In this document: positions 1-8,736 of the stretch, one piece after another
Position numbering within the stretch: position 1 is the first letter of the stretch
Layout of the letters: each line of letters starts with the position of its first letter
NCBI GenBank assembly: GCA_029258885.1
Contig: JAPDJW010000002.1
Coordinates: forward strand, 224,001 to 288,000
Source of the DNA: Thermoproteota archaeon
Lineage (GTDB): Archaea; Thermoproteota; Thermoprotei; Thermofilales; B9-G17
Reading direction: 5' to 3'
DNA length: 64,000 bases
Made by a program: the position numbers and the translations under genes
Notes under the pieces: generated by a model
Told to the model about the DNA's origin: nothing
Databases searched by the model: none
Seen by the model: the letters and a program-made list of their open reading frames with translations, nothing else

Positions 1-1044
1 TCTTGTAGGGTGTACTCTATTCGTCAGAAACACTACGAACAGCTCCTCCTCTGGATCGATCCAAAGGGAGGTTCCAGTAAATCCGGTATGTCCATACGAT
101 CTATCGCTAAATAAGTCCCCGCAGGATGAACCCCTAGTTTTTAGGGCCCATCCAATACCTCGTCTGTCGTTTAACCCCTCCGTATGGCATTGAGTCATTA
201 AATCGACGCTTTTCCTAGAAAGTATCGTTACATTACCTAAGGAGCCTCTATTCAGCATAAATAAGGCAAATTTAGCTATATCTAGAGCTGTTGAGAAAAG
301 ACCAGCATGTCCGGATATACCATCCATTCTATAGGCGTTTTCGTCATGCACCTCGCCCACGAGTATGCGTTTCCTGAATTTACAGAACTCCGTTGCAGCT
401 ATTCTATCTGCGACCTCCTTGCTAGGATTATACGTTGTATCGTTCATTCCAAGGGGATTAAATATCAGATCTCTAGCTAGAACGTCGATCCTCTTACCCG
501 TCAAATACTCAATTATATATGTGAGGAGAATTATACCCAGATCGCTGTAGACAACCTTATCACCAGGAGAATATTTCAACGGCATCCTTATAACGTACCT
601 AAAGACTTCATCTCTAGAGCTACAGTACGAGTATAGAGGAAGCCAAGCCGGAAGACCGCTAGTATGCGTAAGCAAGTGTAGGACGGATACCTTCTGTTTA
701 TCGCCTTCACTGTAGAGGGGGGCTAAACCCGGAGACACCAGATCAATAACTTTATCATCAAGCCTCAAAACACCCTCCTCAACCAGTATCATGGTTAAAG
801 TTGCGGCGACGATAGGCTTAGTCAAAGACGCTAGGTCAAATATCGTATCCTTACGCATCTCCACACGCCTAGGAGTGATCATCGAGTATCCGAAGGCCTT
901 ATGGTAAACTATCCTACTTCTTCTTCCAACTAAGACCACAGCTCCAGGGAAAGCTCCATTCTCAATACACTTGCATAGAAATTCATCAAGCCTACTAAGC
1001 CTACTAGAGCTCAATCCGACGTCTTCCGGTCTAGCGGTTTCCAT
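1..1044 (-). CDS. Serine hydrolase, beta-lactamase/AmpC-like family (3' end runs off the window)
   Basis: Not in the ORF track. Manual translation from ATG 1044: METARPEDVGLSSSRL...GAFPGAVVLVGRR...KDTIFDLASLTKP (SxxK motif), open to base 1 and ending ...TNRVHPTR, typical of the family C-terminus. Confidence 0.85.
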   Translation of the reverse strand, partial: METARPEDVGLSSSRLSRLDEFLCKCIENGAFPGAVVLVGRRSRIVYHKAFGYSMITPRRVEMRKDTIFDLASLTKPIVAATLTMILVEEGVLRLDDKVIDLVSPGLAPLYSEGDKQKVSVLHLLTHTSGLPAWLPLYSYCSSRDEVFRYVIRMPLKYSPGDKVVYSDLGIILLTYIIEYLTGKRIDVLARDLIFNPLGMNDTTYNPSKEVADRIAATEFCKFRKRILVGEVHDENAYRMDGISGHAGLFSTALDIAKFALFMLNRGSLGNVTILSRKSVDLMTQCHTEGLNDRRGIGWALKTRGSSCGDLFSDRSYGHTGFTGTSLWIDPEEELFVVFLTNRVHPTR

Positions 1045-1224
1045 GGCAAAAATATATTCTGTATCGCATAAATAGATTTCAGTAAAAGTTCAGGCTATGA
1101 AGTTATTTGAAGCAGACAAGACATGGAAATCTCGTTGAAACCTCAAGTACTATATGGATGGCTAAATGCTACAAAATAAATATTTATTAAGGATGCTTTA
1201 CATGAAGATAGTGGAGGATTCAAA

Positions 1225-1398
1225 ATGCTGTCGGAGAAGCTCGAGGAACTACCTGACGATGAACTAGACGAGTTGGAGGAGGATATTGAAAGGGTAGAGG
1301 AGATTATCGAGAAAAAAGTGAAGAGTAAGGGTAGGAAGAGAAGGAGCAGAGGACCCTATAGGAAGGCTTGGCTTGGAGGAAAAATGGTTAAATTCTAA
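1225..1398 (+). CDS. Small 57-aa protein, acidic N-half and basic C-half
   Basis: GGAGGA RBS before ATG 1225. Translation MLSEKLEELPDDELDELEEDIERVEEIIEKKVKSKGRKRRSRGPYRKAWLGGKMVKF*. Purine-rich coding-like composition; below the track length cutoff. Confidence 0.65.
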   Translation: MLSEKLEELPDDELDELEEDIERVEEIIEKKVKSKGRKRRSRGPYRKAWLGGKMVKF

Positions 1399-1527
1399 AA
1401 TCTCTCAAACAAGAAATAATTTAATTTTCTAGGTGGATGAATTTCTTGCTAATACTTAGCTGATATCTAGAGAACACTTTCACCTAACTCTTGATAATTA
1501 ACATAAGTGTTTAGTTAGTGAATAACT

Positions 1528-4500
1528 TTGCCAGAGGTTATGCTCATGGTCATACAGCAAGAGGAGGCTCTCGAAAGAGAGTCTGATGAGGTAAGCCTCA
1601 AGAAGTATGAGCAGCAGTATGTGGAGATGATTGACTGGGAGGTTAGAGAGAATGCAAACACCAATAGGTCGTATGGAAATTTCCTCGGATACATACTTGA
1701 TAAAACAATGAAGAAACCCGAGGTACTGGCCAGCTACCTCCCTCCGGATGCAGTTGAATATCACTTTAAAGGTTGGCTTCACATTCACAAGCTACCTCAT
1801 TCACTTTATATACCCTATTGTGCTGGCTGGAGCATAGAGAAGATACTGAGAATGGGACTAAAGACTCCAACTATAATTTCGAGGCCGGCTAGACACCTGG
1901 ATACAGCCGTAAGTCACCTAATAAACTTCTTCTTCCTAACGGCACAGGAGTGGACAGGAGCAGTAGCAGTATCAGCGTTCGACCTCTTCATGGCTCCATT
2001 TGTAAGGAAGGATAACCTCAATTATAAGCAAGTTAAACAGTGTCTACAGAAAATGCTTTTCGAACTAAACTATCCCAGCAGAATGGGTTATCAAAGCCCC
2101 TTCACTAACATAACATTGGTTATTGATACGAGCGATTCTATGCTTAACGGCTCAGCTATAACGGATGGTAAAGTTTCTGGCAAATTAGGCGATTACGTAG
2201 ATGAAGCCATATTGATAGATAACGCGTTGCTAGACTTGTATTCTGAGGGGGATGCCTTAGGGCAGCCATTTAGCGTATCGGGCGATACCTATACGATCAT
2301 AGTTGAGAACGGCGAGTATAAGGTTGTAAAGATAGGCGAATACGTAGACTCCCTGTTCAGAAGATATAAGGATAGGGCTGTGAAGCGGCACGAGTACGAG
2401 GTGCTATCTCTGAATGGATTAGATATTAGGACGTTTGGATTTGATGAACATAAGCAGGTATTAATGCATAAGGTGAAGTACGTCGTCAGGCATAGGACGC
2501 ATAAAATATTAAAGATTACATGTGAGGGAGGCTTCGAGGTTAAGGTCACTCCTACTCATTCGGTTTTCACGTATAGGGGCGGAAAGATAGTAGCTGTAAG
2601 GGCCTCAGATCTCGGGGAGGGAGACTACATACTGGGCATAGGTCGGCTTCCCAGCGAGAATATAAGGCTGGAAATTAACGTACCGAAGCTATTAGCTTTA
2701 CATGGCCTAATGGAAAACGTCTTTCTCTCACTCGATGACGATGGGAGAATAAGGCTAAAGGAGGTTCAGGATAAGATTGATGAAATGAATTTAGAGGAAT
2801 GCTACGTGTATCTCGGCGGATCTAAACACAAAGTACCGTGCATCGTAGATGTGGACGAGGAGCTAGCCTATTTCCTAGGCTTTTTCCTATCGGGTGGGCG
2901 CATAGAGGGCAGGGTATTTGATGTCAGTAGAAGAGCTGGCAGCGTTGAACTTGTCTTAAGGCTTAACATAAAACCCGGAGAGGATGTTGTAGGCAGAATA
3001 ATTGGGATAATTAGAAGGAAATTCAATATTGAACCCAAGGTAAAAGTGGATAAGCTAAGAAACTTAATCGAAGTAAGGATTTGCAGTAGGCTATTAGCTA
3101 GAATATTTACTTTACTCCTTGGTTCTCGCGGAAGGACTATTCCCTCCGCTATCTATAGGGCACCATATACGGTTAAAGTAGCCCTTCTTGCCGGGTATTT
3201 AGATGGAGATAGGACAGCGGAGATAAGGATCGATAGAGTAAAATGGGATAGTTTCAGCATAGCATTCCACTCAACAGAGGCTGGTCTTGCTTATAGCATA
3301 GCCTACCTTCTCCTACAGATGGGAATACCCATTAAGCTCTATAGATATTATCCCGGAGGATATATGTCTTCACGTGAATACTACTATGTCATAGCTCCAG
3401 CAAGTAGATTGCCTTCGGAAATATTGGAGTATAGCTACAAGCTGAGTGAGCTCAAAAAACATGCTCTAAAGACGGAGCTTACGGAGAATGCTTGGAGACG
3501 AGCCGTAGAGGTTATTGCAATGTGTGATGGAGGTATAAGCGAAGCTAAGCCGAGTGGAAGGGATGGTGATCTAGTATTCATGCGCATTAGGAAGATAGAG
3601 GAGATTGAGGGCGATTTCACAGTATATGATTTATCGACTGAAGAGGGGGCATTCATAGCTAACAACTTCATAGTACATAACACGTTTCCTATACCAACTA
3701 TAATGTTAACTAAGAAATTCGATTGGAATGGAAGAAGATGGGGTGAACTAACGGACAAAATCTTCACCGCACTAGCAAGAAAGGGTACAGCCTACCTCTT
3801 AAACGGAAATGCAACGAACGTAGAGGCATTATACTCCATGTGCTGTAGGCTTACAATAAATATAAGCAGGCTAAATAACAATAACTTTAGCTTAAAACTT
3901 ATTCCTACAGTGAAGCCTGGGGGAGATGGCAACTATACGTCCGTGCTGAAGGAGAATAGGCAGGCCTTCGGTATATGGGCTCTCCCCGACGCTACGGGAA
4001 GCATAGGGGTAGTAACCATAAACATGCCTAGGATAGCAATATTGAGTAAGGGAGAATGGGATAAATTCGAGGAACTGCTGGAGAAACTCTTATTAAAGGC
4101 TAGAAAGGTGCTACAGACCTGGAGGAGCAGATACAATTTAAACCTTAGTAGAGGATTCATGCCCCTCACCAAGACATACCTCGGCCATTTCATGAATCAC
4201 TTCAACACATTCGGAATAATAGGCTTACCTGAAGCAGCAGCAAACTTTATGAGGGATCCGGAGCTATGGATCGAGTGCAACAAGAAGAGGATTGATGAAG
4301 CCGTAGCAATAATGAGGAGAATGGTATCCTACGTTAGACGTAAAGCTAAAGAGTTTGAGCAGATGGACGGCGTCCTATATAACGTTGAGGAAATACCTGG
4401 CGAAAGCACGGGATACAGGCTGGCGTCAATAGACGCGGCAAGATTTAAGGAGGAGATTAGACGCGGAGAGGTATTCATGCCCATGTACGATGGAGTACCA

Positions 4501-4905
4501 TTCTACAGCAACTCGGTCATACCCTACTATGCGGACGTACCCATATACAGGAGAGCGGTATGGGAGGGCACGGTTCAGGGAGAGTTCACAGGCGGAGTAA
4601 TGATGCACTTATTCCTTAACGAAAGCCCAGATCCAAGGGCTCTAAAGAACCTAATATACAGGATTGTACACGATACAAGGGTAGTATACTTCAGCATAAC
4701 GCCAACATTAGCTGTCTGTAGGAAGTGTGGATGGAAAGCAGTGGGAGTATATGACAAATGTCCCAGTTGCGGCAACGAGAACGTAGACCACTGGAGTAGG
4801 ATCGTTGGATACTACAGGCCAGTTAGAAACTGGAACATAGGTAAGAAGGCAGAGTTTAAACTTAGGGTGCATTATGGAATTAACTCTATAGTTTCCGCCT
4901 CCTAA
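1528..4905 (+). CDS. nrdD: Anaerobic (class III) ribonucleoside-triphosphate reductase, intein-containing; probable start ATG 1540
   Basis: HIHKL, YCAGWS, QSPFTNIT, YSMCCRL (thiyl Cys), C-terminal CxxC...CxxC zinc site and SRIVGYYRP glycyl-radical loop. No N-terminal ATP cone is apparent. Confidence 0.95.
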   Translation: MPEVMLMVIQQEEALERESDEVSLKKYEQQYVEMIDWEVRENANTNRSYGNFLGYILDKTMKKPEVLASYLPPDAVEYHFKGWLHIHKLPHSLYIPYCAGWSIEKILRMGLKTPTIISRPARHLDTAVSHLINFFFLTAQEWTGAVAVSAFDLFMAPFVRKDNLNYKQVKQCLQKMLFELNYPSRMGYQSPFTNITLVIDTSDSMLNGSAITDGKVSGKLGDYVDEAILIDNALLDLYSEGDALGQPFSVSGDTYTIIVENGEYKVVKIGEYVDSLFRRYKDRAVKRHEYEVLSLNGLDIRTFGFDEHKQVLMHKVKYVVRHRTHKILKITCEGGFEVKVTPTHSVFTYRGGKIVAVRASDLGEGDYILGIGRLPSENIRLEINVPKLLALHGLMENVFLSLDDDGRIRLKEVQDKIDEMNLEECYVYLGGSKHKVPCIVDVDEELAYFLGFFLSGGRIEGRVFDVSRRAGSVELVLRLNIKPGEDVVGRIIGIIRRKFNIEPKVKVDKLRNLIEVRICSRLLARIFTLLLGSRGRTIPSAIYRAPYTVKVALLAGYLDGDRTAEIRIDRVKWDSFSIAFHSTEAGLAYSIAYLLLQMGIPIKLYRYYPGGYMSSREYYYVIAPASRLPSEILEYSYKLSELKKHALKTELTENAWRRAVEVIAMCDGGISEAKPSGRDGDLVFMRIRKIEEIEGDFTVYDLSTEEGAFIANNFIVHNTFPIPTIMLTKKFDWNGRRWGELTDKIFTALARKGTAYLLNGNATNVEALYSMCCRLTINISRLNNNNFSLKLIPTVKPGGDGNYTSVLKENRQAFGIWALPDATGSIGVVTINMPRIAILSKGEWDKFEELLEKLLLKARKVLQTWRSRYNLNLSRGFMPLTKTYLGHFMNHFNTFGIIGLPEAAANFMRDPELWIECNKKRIDEAVAIMRRMVSYVRRKAKEFEQMDGVLYNVEEIPGESTGYRLASIDAARFKEEIRRGEVFMPMYDGVPFYSNSVIPYYADVPIYRRAVWEGTVQGEFTGGVMMHLFLNESPDPRALKNLIYRIVHDTRVVYFSITPTLAVCRKCGWKAVGVYDKCPSCGNENVDHWSRIVGYYRPVRNWNIGKKAEFKLRVHYGINSIVSAS
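2272..3681 (+). mobile_element. Intein (470 aa) with LAGLIDADG-type endonuclease domain in NrdD
   Basis: Interrupts GQPF|TFPIPT. Begins SVSGDT, has block B VKVTPTHSVF, ends VYDLSTEEGAFIANNFIVHN followed by +1 Thr. EN motifs LAYFLGFFLSGG and LLAGYLDGDR. Confidence 0.93.
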
Positions 4906-5046
4906 CACAATAATTCTAAACGATTGCGAGGCTTGTTCTCTAAAATTTAATTCCTATAATTCAACCAAGACTTCCTTATATAAGTATGCGGCGTATAGAA
5001 TGTAGAGGAGCTAGTAAGCTTAATATTCAAGCTCTCTCTTCCGCAT

Positions 5047-5940
5047 TTGGTGTTAAGATTGTATATAGCTTTAGATGCACTACTTAAATTCTATACACCG
5101 CTTTTGCTCGGATACATATACGGCAGAGTATTCAGAGTAGATGAGAAATTTACGATGAGGCTATCAAGGCTGGTACTCTATATACTACTGCCGCTCCTAT
5201 TGTTTGATTCAATATATAGCAAGGGTAGGAAGGGAGATTTCAGCGAACTTGGGCTAATAACGATAGTAGCTATAGCGGGGGTAGCAATTTCCCTAGCTGT
5301 ATCAATAGCGGTATTCCGTAATTCATTCGATAAGGTAATGTGCACCTTTTATCCTAATTCAGGCTACCTCCCAATACCCATAGCAATAAGCATGTGGGGA
5401 AAGGATGCAGTATCCTACGTAGGCTTCTTCATAATAGGAAGTAATGTGACATCAAACATTCTAATACCGCTATTATCAGCCTTAGATCTAAAGAGGGGGT
5501 TGAGAAGGCTAAAATACTATCCTCCAATATACGCTGCTCTCTCGGCGCTAGCTCTCGCAGTTCTCGGAGTAGAGGTGCCAACAACAATTCTTGACGTACT
5601 AGAACCTATCGGAGAGACAGCTCCAATAATAGCGTTAATAGTGCTGGGGATAGAGACAACATACCTGAAGGAATTCGAATATGATGGCCTAAAAGTATAT
5701 CTAGTTAGACTAATGCTAGCGCCAGTTATGGTCACATTAGCAATGTTCCTCAACCTAACCGAGCTAGCGGTAAAGGTAGTTGAACTAGAAAGCATAATGC
5801 CGCCAGCCGTGACAAACATAATATTATCAAACGAATACAACATAAATCCGAGGAAAGTAGCGGGAATAGTACTTACATCAACACTTATATCAACATTCAT
5901 AGTAATACCGATGGCAATATTTAGATTTCTAGCATGCTAA
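5047..5940 (+). CDS. AEC (auxin efflux carrier / malate permease) family transporter
   Basis: About 10 hydrophobic segments; motifs FYPNSGYLPIPIA and MPPAVTNIILSNEY. Confidence 0.85.
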   Translation: MVLRLYIALDALLKFYTPLLLGYIYGRVFRVDEKFTMRLSRLVLYILLPLLLFDSIYSKGRKGDFSELGLITIVAIAGVAISLAVSIAVFRNSFDKVMCTFYPNSGYLPIPIAISMWGKDAVSYVGFFIIGSNVTSNILIPLLSALDLKRGLRRLKYYPPIYAALSALALAVLGVEVPTTILDVLEPIGETAPIIALIVLGIETTYLKEFEYDGLKVYLVRLMLAPVMVTLAMFLNLTELAVKVVELESIMPPAVTNIILSNEYNINPRKVAGIVLTSTLISTFIVIPMAIFRFLAC

Positions 5941-5972
5941 AACTATTTATAATAGTCTACCGTATAGGAACC

Positions 5973-6025
5973 TAGTGATGATGCGAGCAGACTCTGACAA
6001 ATGATGTATACCAAACCATCTGAAG
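5973..6025 (+). ncRNA. Box C/D methylation-guide sRNA
   Basis: C GTGATGA 5975-5981; 12-nt guide TGCGAGCAGACT; D' CTGA 5994-5997; C' ATGATGT 6001-6007; 12-nt guide ATACCAAACCAT; D CTGA 6020-6023. Intergenic, canonical archaeal spacing. Confidence 0.9.
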
Positions 6026-6144
6026 CTTTCTGCCCCCTGATATTTTTCACTAAGCTTCTAATACTGTTTATGAAACGCGTATAATTCCTTAATACTTTAA
6101 AATAAGTATTACCCCTATGCAATAGTATTAGATTAACTATTAAA

Positions 6145-6158
6145 AGAAAAGTTTATAT
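6145..6158 (+). promoter_or_regulatory. BRE-TATA promoter for the downstream structured RNA
   Basis: AGAAAAG-TTTATAT at 6145-6158, about 30 nt upstream of a GC-rich hairpin, with no plus-strand ORF downstream. Confidence 0.65.
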
Positions 6159-6182
6159 GTATCTTTGACAAAACATATATTG

Positions 6183-6500
6183 AATGAAGCAGGCAACCAG
6201 GATAGCCTCGGTTGCCTGCAGAGGGAGAAGTAATGATGATCCCCGTAGGGTCGAGGGCCCAAACATCATTGAATTCATAGTTTGAAAGTACCGATGTCCT
6301 TCTTACGTCCTCCGGTAAAATGCGGAGGGAATTAATATCCCCCGGGGGAGCGGGCTCAACCATTATTCGGGGTTCACGGATATTTTCTGCCATAAACGGC
6401 TTCAACTGCTATCAGTACTCAGAAATTACATTGCTTACTACGTCTTCTCTATTTTTTTCAGTGATGGGGTAGACCTCGACCCTACGGGTTCTCTGAATTC
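6183..6500 (+). ncRNA. Structured ncRNA with box C/D and a canonical bulge-helix-bulge motif enclosing a 210-nt insert
   Basis: Hairpin 6189-6219; box C ATGATGA 6233-6239; 15-bp perfect stem 6242-6256/6474-6488; central 4-bp helix GCCC 6257-6260/GGGT 6467-6470; 3-nt bulges AAA 6261-6263 and AGA 6471-6473; 10-bp inner stem 6264-6273/6457-6466; box D CTGA 6493-6496. Confidence 0.75.
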
Positions 6501-7319
6501 CGCTACTTTTGCTATCTCTATTAGATCATCCATGCTTAGCTCATATACTCTCTTACTAAGTATCCCTTCTATCTCATGGTAATTTACCTTTACACTAAGG
6601 TAATGCTTTAGAACTTTTGATAGTAGTTTATTCCTATAGGAGAATAGCATTCTAGTTATTTCAAATAGCTTTTCTTCTTGATCCTGAGTTAAGTTGTATT
6701 TACGCTTTACTTTAAGCTCTACAATGGCTGATTCTACTTTAGGTGGGGGTATGAAGCTTGAGGTAGGCAATATCCTTATAATCTTAGGCTCTGAGTAGTA
6801 TTGAACAAGAACAGTGAGCCTCCCATAATTTCTCGTTGAGGGCTGTGCTATCATTCTATATGCAAATTCCTTTTGAAGCGAGAGTACGGCAAGTCTAAAG
6901 CTACATTCCTTCAAAAGTTTAACAAGTATTTTGGAGGATATGTGGTAGGGAATATTTGAAACCACCTTATCGATGGGAGGGATTTTCAACCTAAGAAAAT
7001 CCCCACATATTATCTCCACGTTGCCATATTGCTTAAGTACTTCCTCAGAGGCTTTAACGAGTTTCTTATCTATTTCGATTGCGATAACTCTTTTAGCCTT
7101 CTCAGCGAGGAAGCTCGTTAATATGCCTAAGCCGCTGCCTATCTCAAGAACTACATCGTCTTTCTTAATCCTAGAAACCATTATACGTATGGCAGATGGA
7201 TCCACTATAAAGTTCTGACTAAGCCTCTTCCTAGGCCTTATGCCGTATTTCCTCATTAGGAACAGTGTTTTTCTAACTAGATATTCCCTAGTAACTGTGT
7301 CAAGCTTCATTCTTACCAA
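6438..7319 (-). CDS. rsmA: 16S rRNA adenine dimethyltransferase RsmA/KsgA (Dim1)
   Basis: KRLSQNFIVD, VLEIGSGLG (SAM binding), VVSNIPYHISS, QKEFAYRM, SFIPPPKVES. Confidence 0.95.
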   Translation of the reverse strand: MVRMKLDTVTREYLVRKTLFLMRKYGIRPRKRLSQNFIVDPSAIRIMVSRIKKDDVVLEIGSGLGILTSFLAEKAKRVIAIEIDKKLVKASEEVLKQYGNVEIICGDFLRLKIPPIDKVVSNIPYHISSKILVKLLKECSFRLAVLSLQKEFAYRMIAQPSTRNYGRLTVLVQYYSEPKIIRILPTSSFIPPPKVESAIVELKVKRKYNLTQDQEEKLFEITRMLFSYRNKLLSKVLKHYLSVKVNYHEIEGILSKRVYELSMDDLIEIAKVAEFREPVGSRSTPSLKKIEKT

Positions 7320-7749
7320 CGTTCTCTAAGCCTTTACTCTCCATCTTTTCAAATAATTTAAGGTTTAATATAATGAATGTGAGAACGCTCGTAACTACAG
7401 CCGTTATATAAAAGCCTACGCCCACAGCCATCCCGATAGCTGTAACTATCCATAGGGTAGCTGCCGTAGTTAATCCTACAACCATGGCTCCCCTACGTAG
7501 AATTACGCCAGCACCTATAAAACCTATGCCAGCAACAACATACGATGCTATTCTCGAAGGATCTGAGCCGGGAAAGGCTATATATGATAGCGATGTAAAG
7601 AGGGTGGATCCCATACAAACCAGGATATGTGTTCTAAAGCCAGCCGGCTTATGTCTAACCTCCCTTTCCAGCCCTATGATCCCTCCAAGGATAGCTGCAA
7701 TCAACACCTTCTCAATAATCTCTATCTCAATGCTCGCCGTCTCTACCAT
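7300..7749 (-). CDS. MgtC/SapB family membrane protein
   Basis: GLEREVRHKPAGFRTHILV, DPSRIASYVVAGIGFIGAGVI, GLTTAATLW. Confidence 0.92.
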   Translation of the reverse strand: MVETASIEIEIIEKVLIAAILGGIIGLEREVRHKPAGFRTHILVCMGSTLFTSLSYIAFPGSDPSRIASYVVAGIGFIGAGVILRRGAMVVGLTTAATLWIVTAIGMAVGVGFYITAVVTSVLTFIILNLKLFEKMESKGLENVGKNEA

Positions 7750-7758
7750 GGATAAATA

Positions 7759-8736
7759 GTGTATAGTATGGTATTTATCTGTTCTATTTTTGAACTAAGG
7801 GATTGCCAGTTTTCTGTTCCACGTTCTACAGTTGTACGCTGGAAACCGTTTAATAGCTTCTCAAGAGTTTCTCACACGGTGATATTGTTGAGAAAGTATC
7901 TTATTCCGGCGTTAATTATAATTGCCGTAGTAGCGGCTGTTGGACTATTATTTCCGTTCAGGGAGCCCATTCAAGGCCCAGAAATAATATATCAGGGCGT
8001 TATTCTCCCAGTATATGCCGTGCCATACACGAGCGACGAGGGAACTACTACATATATATTCACACAAAACTTCAATACCCTACAGGACACAGAGCTACCA
8101 ACTATCTCGGTATCGGCTTCCTGGAGCATTGATGTTGAGACAAACATAGTCATCGTCTCATATACCGTTAGAGTTAGAGCATTAACGGCAAGCGAGGCCG
8201 TATCATCAGTAGCCGAGAAAATAAACAATATAGTAGATAAGCTGAAGTCCTTAGGCATCCCAGAGGATCAAATATATACCAAAAGATATTCGCTCAATCC
8301 AGTGTATGACTACGACGTAAGCCCACCGAAGCTGATCGGATACGAGGCGGAGCACACAATCTCAGTGGAATATACGGATAAGGAACTAGCTGCAAAAAGC
8401 ATAGATGAAGTATCATCCCTCGGTGTCACAAGTATATCAATAGCATTCACCATAAGCAAGGAGGACTTCATGAATGCGTATAAGGAAGCACTAGCTGCGG
8501 CTGTCAGCCAAGCCCTAGAGAAGGCGCAGGTTATAGCCAATGCGGCAAAAGTAAGGTTTGGGAGGATAATCTCAATAAGTGAGGTGGGATACACCTCCAT
8601 CCCGAGGACAGGTATAGCGCTAGCTGAAGCCGGAAAGGGCACCCAATTTTATAGGACAGAACTAGGAATTACGGCATCTGTTACTCTCGTCATAGAGATA
8701 ATTCAGGACTACGTCGTAGAGATATTTCAGGACTAG
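7759..8736 (+). CDS. SIMPL/DUF541 domain protein with N-terminal membrane anchor; probable start TTG 7888
   Basis: Signal/TM segment, then L..LGIPEDQIYT..YSLNPVYDY, IGYEA, YKEALAAAV..A..KAQVIA, G.IISISE pattern. Confidence 0.8.
   Translation: MYSMVFICSIFELRDCQFSVPRSTVVRWKPFNSFSRVSHTVILLRKYLIPALIIIAVVAAVGLLFPFREPIQGPEIIYQGVILPVYAVPYTSDEGTTTYIFTQNFNTLQDTELPTISVSASWSIDVETNIVIVSYTVRVRALTASEAVSSVAEKINNIVDKLKSLGIPEDQIYTKRYSLNPVYDYDVSPPKLIGYEAEHTISVEYTDKELAAKSIDEVSSLGVTSISIAFTISKEDFMNAYKEALAAAVSQALEKAQVIANAAKVRFGRIISISEVGYTSIPRTGIALAEAGKGTQFYRTELGITASVTLVIEIIQDYVVEIFQD

Noticed and set aside
4986-5046. Possible hairpin upstream of the AEC transporter
   Set aside because: Pairing is weak and part of it lies upstream of the likely transcription start; no riboswitch motif recognised.
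6133-6405. 90-aa minus-strand ORF in the track
   Set aside because: Antisense to the structured RNA, no RBS, no family motifs; probably a by-product of GC-rich stems.
6263-6472. Insert as 5S rRNA, SRP RNA or tRNA intron
   Set aside because: Lacks 5S loop C/E motifs and the SRP helix 8 CAGG-GNRA-AGCA motif; the flanks do not form a tRNA.
6241-6489. MITE with terminal inverted repeats
   Set aside because: No target-site duplication, and the interruption in the inverted repeat is an exact BHB, which fits RNA processing better.
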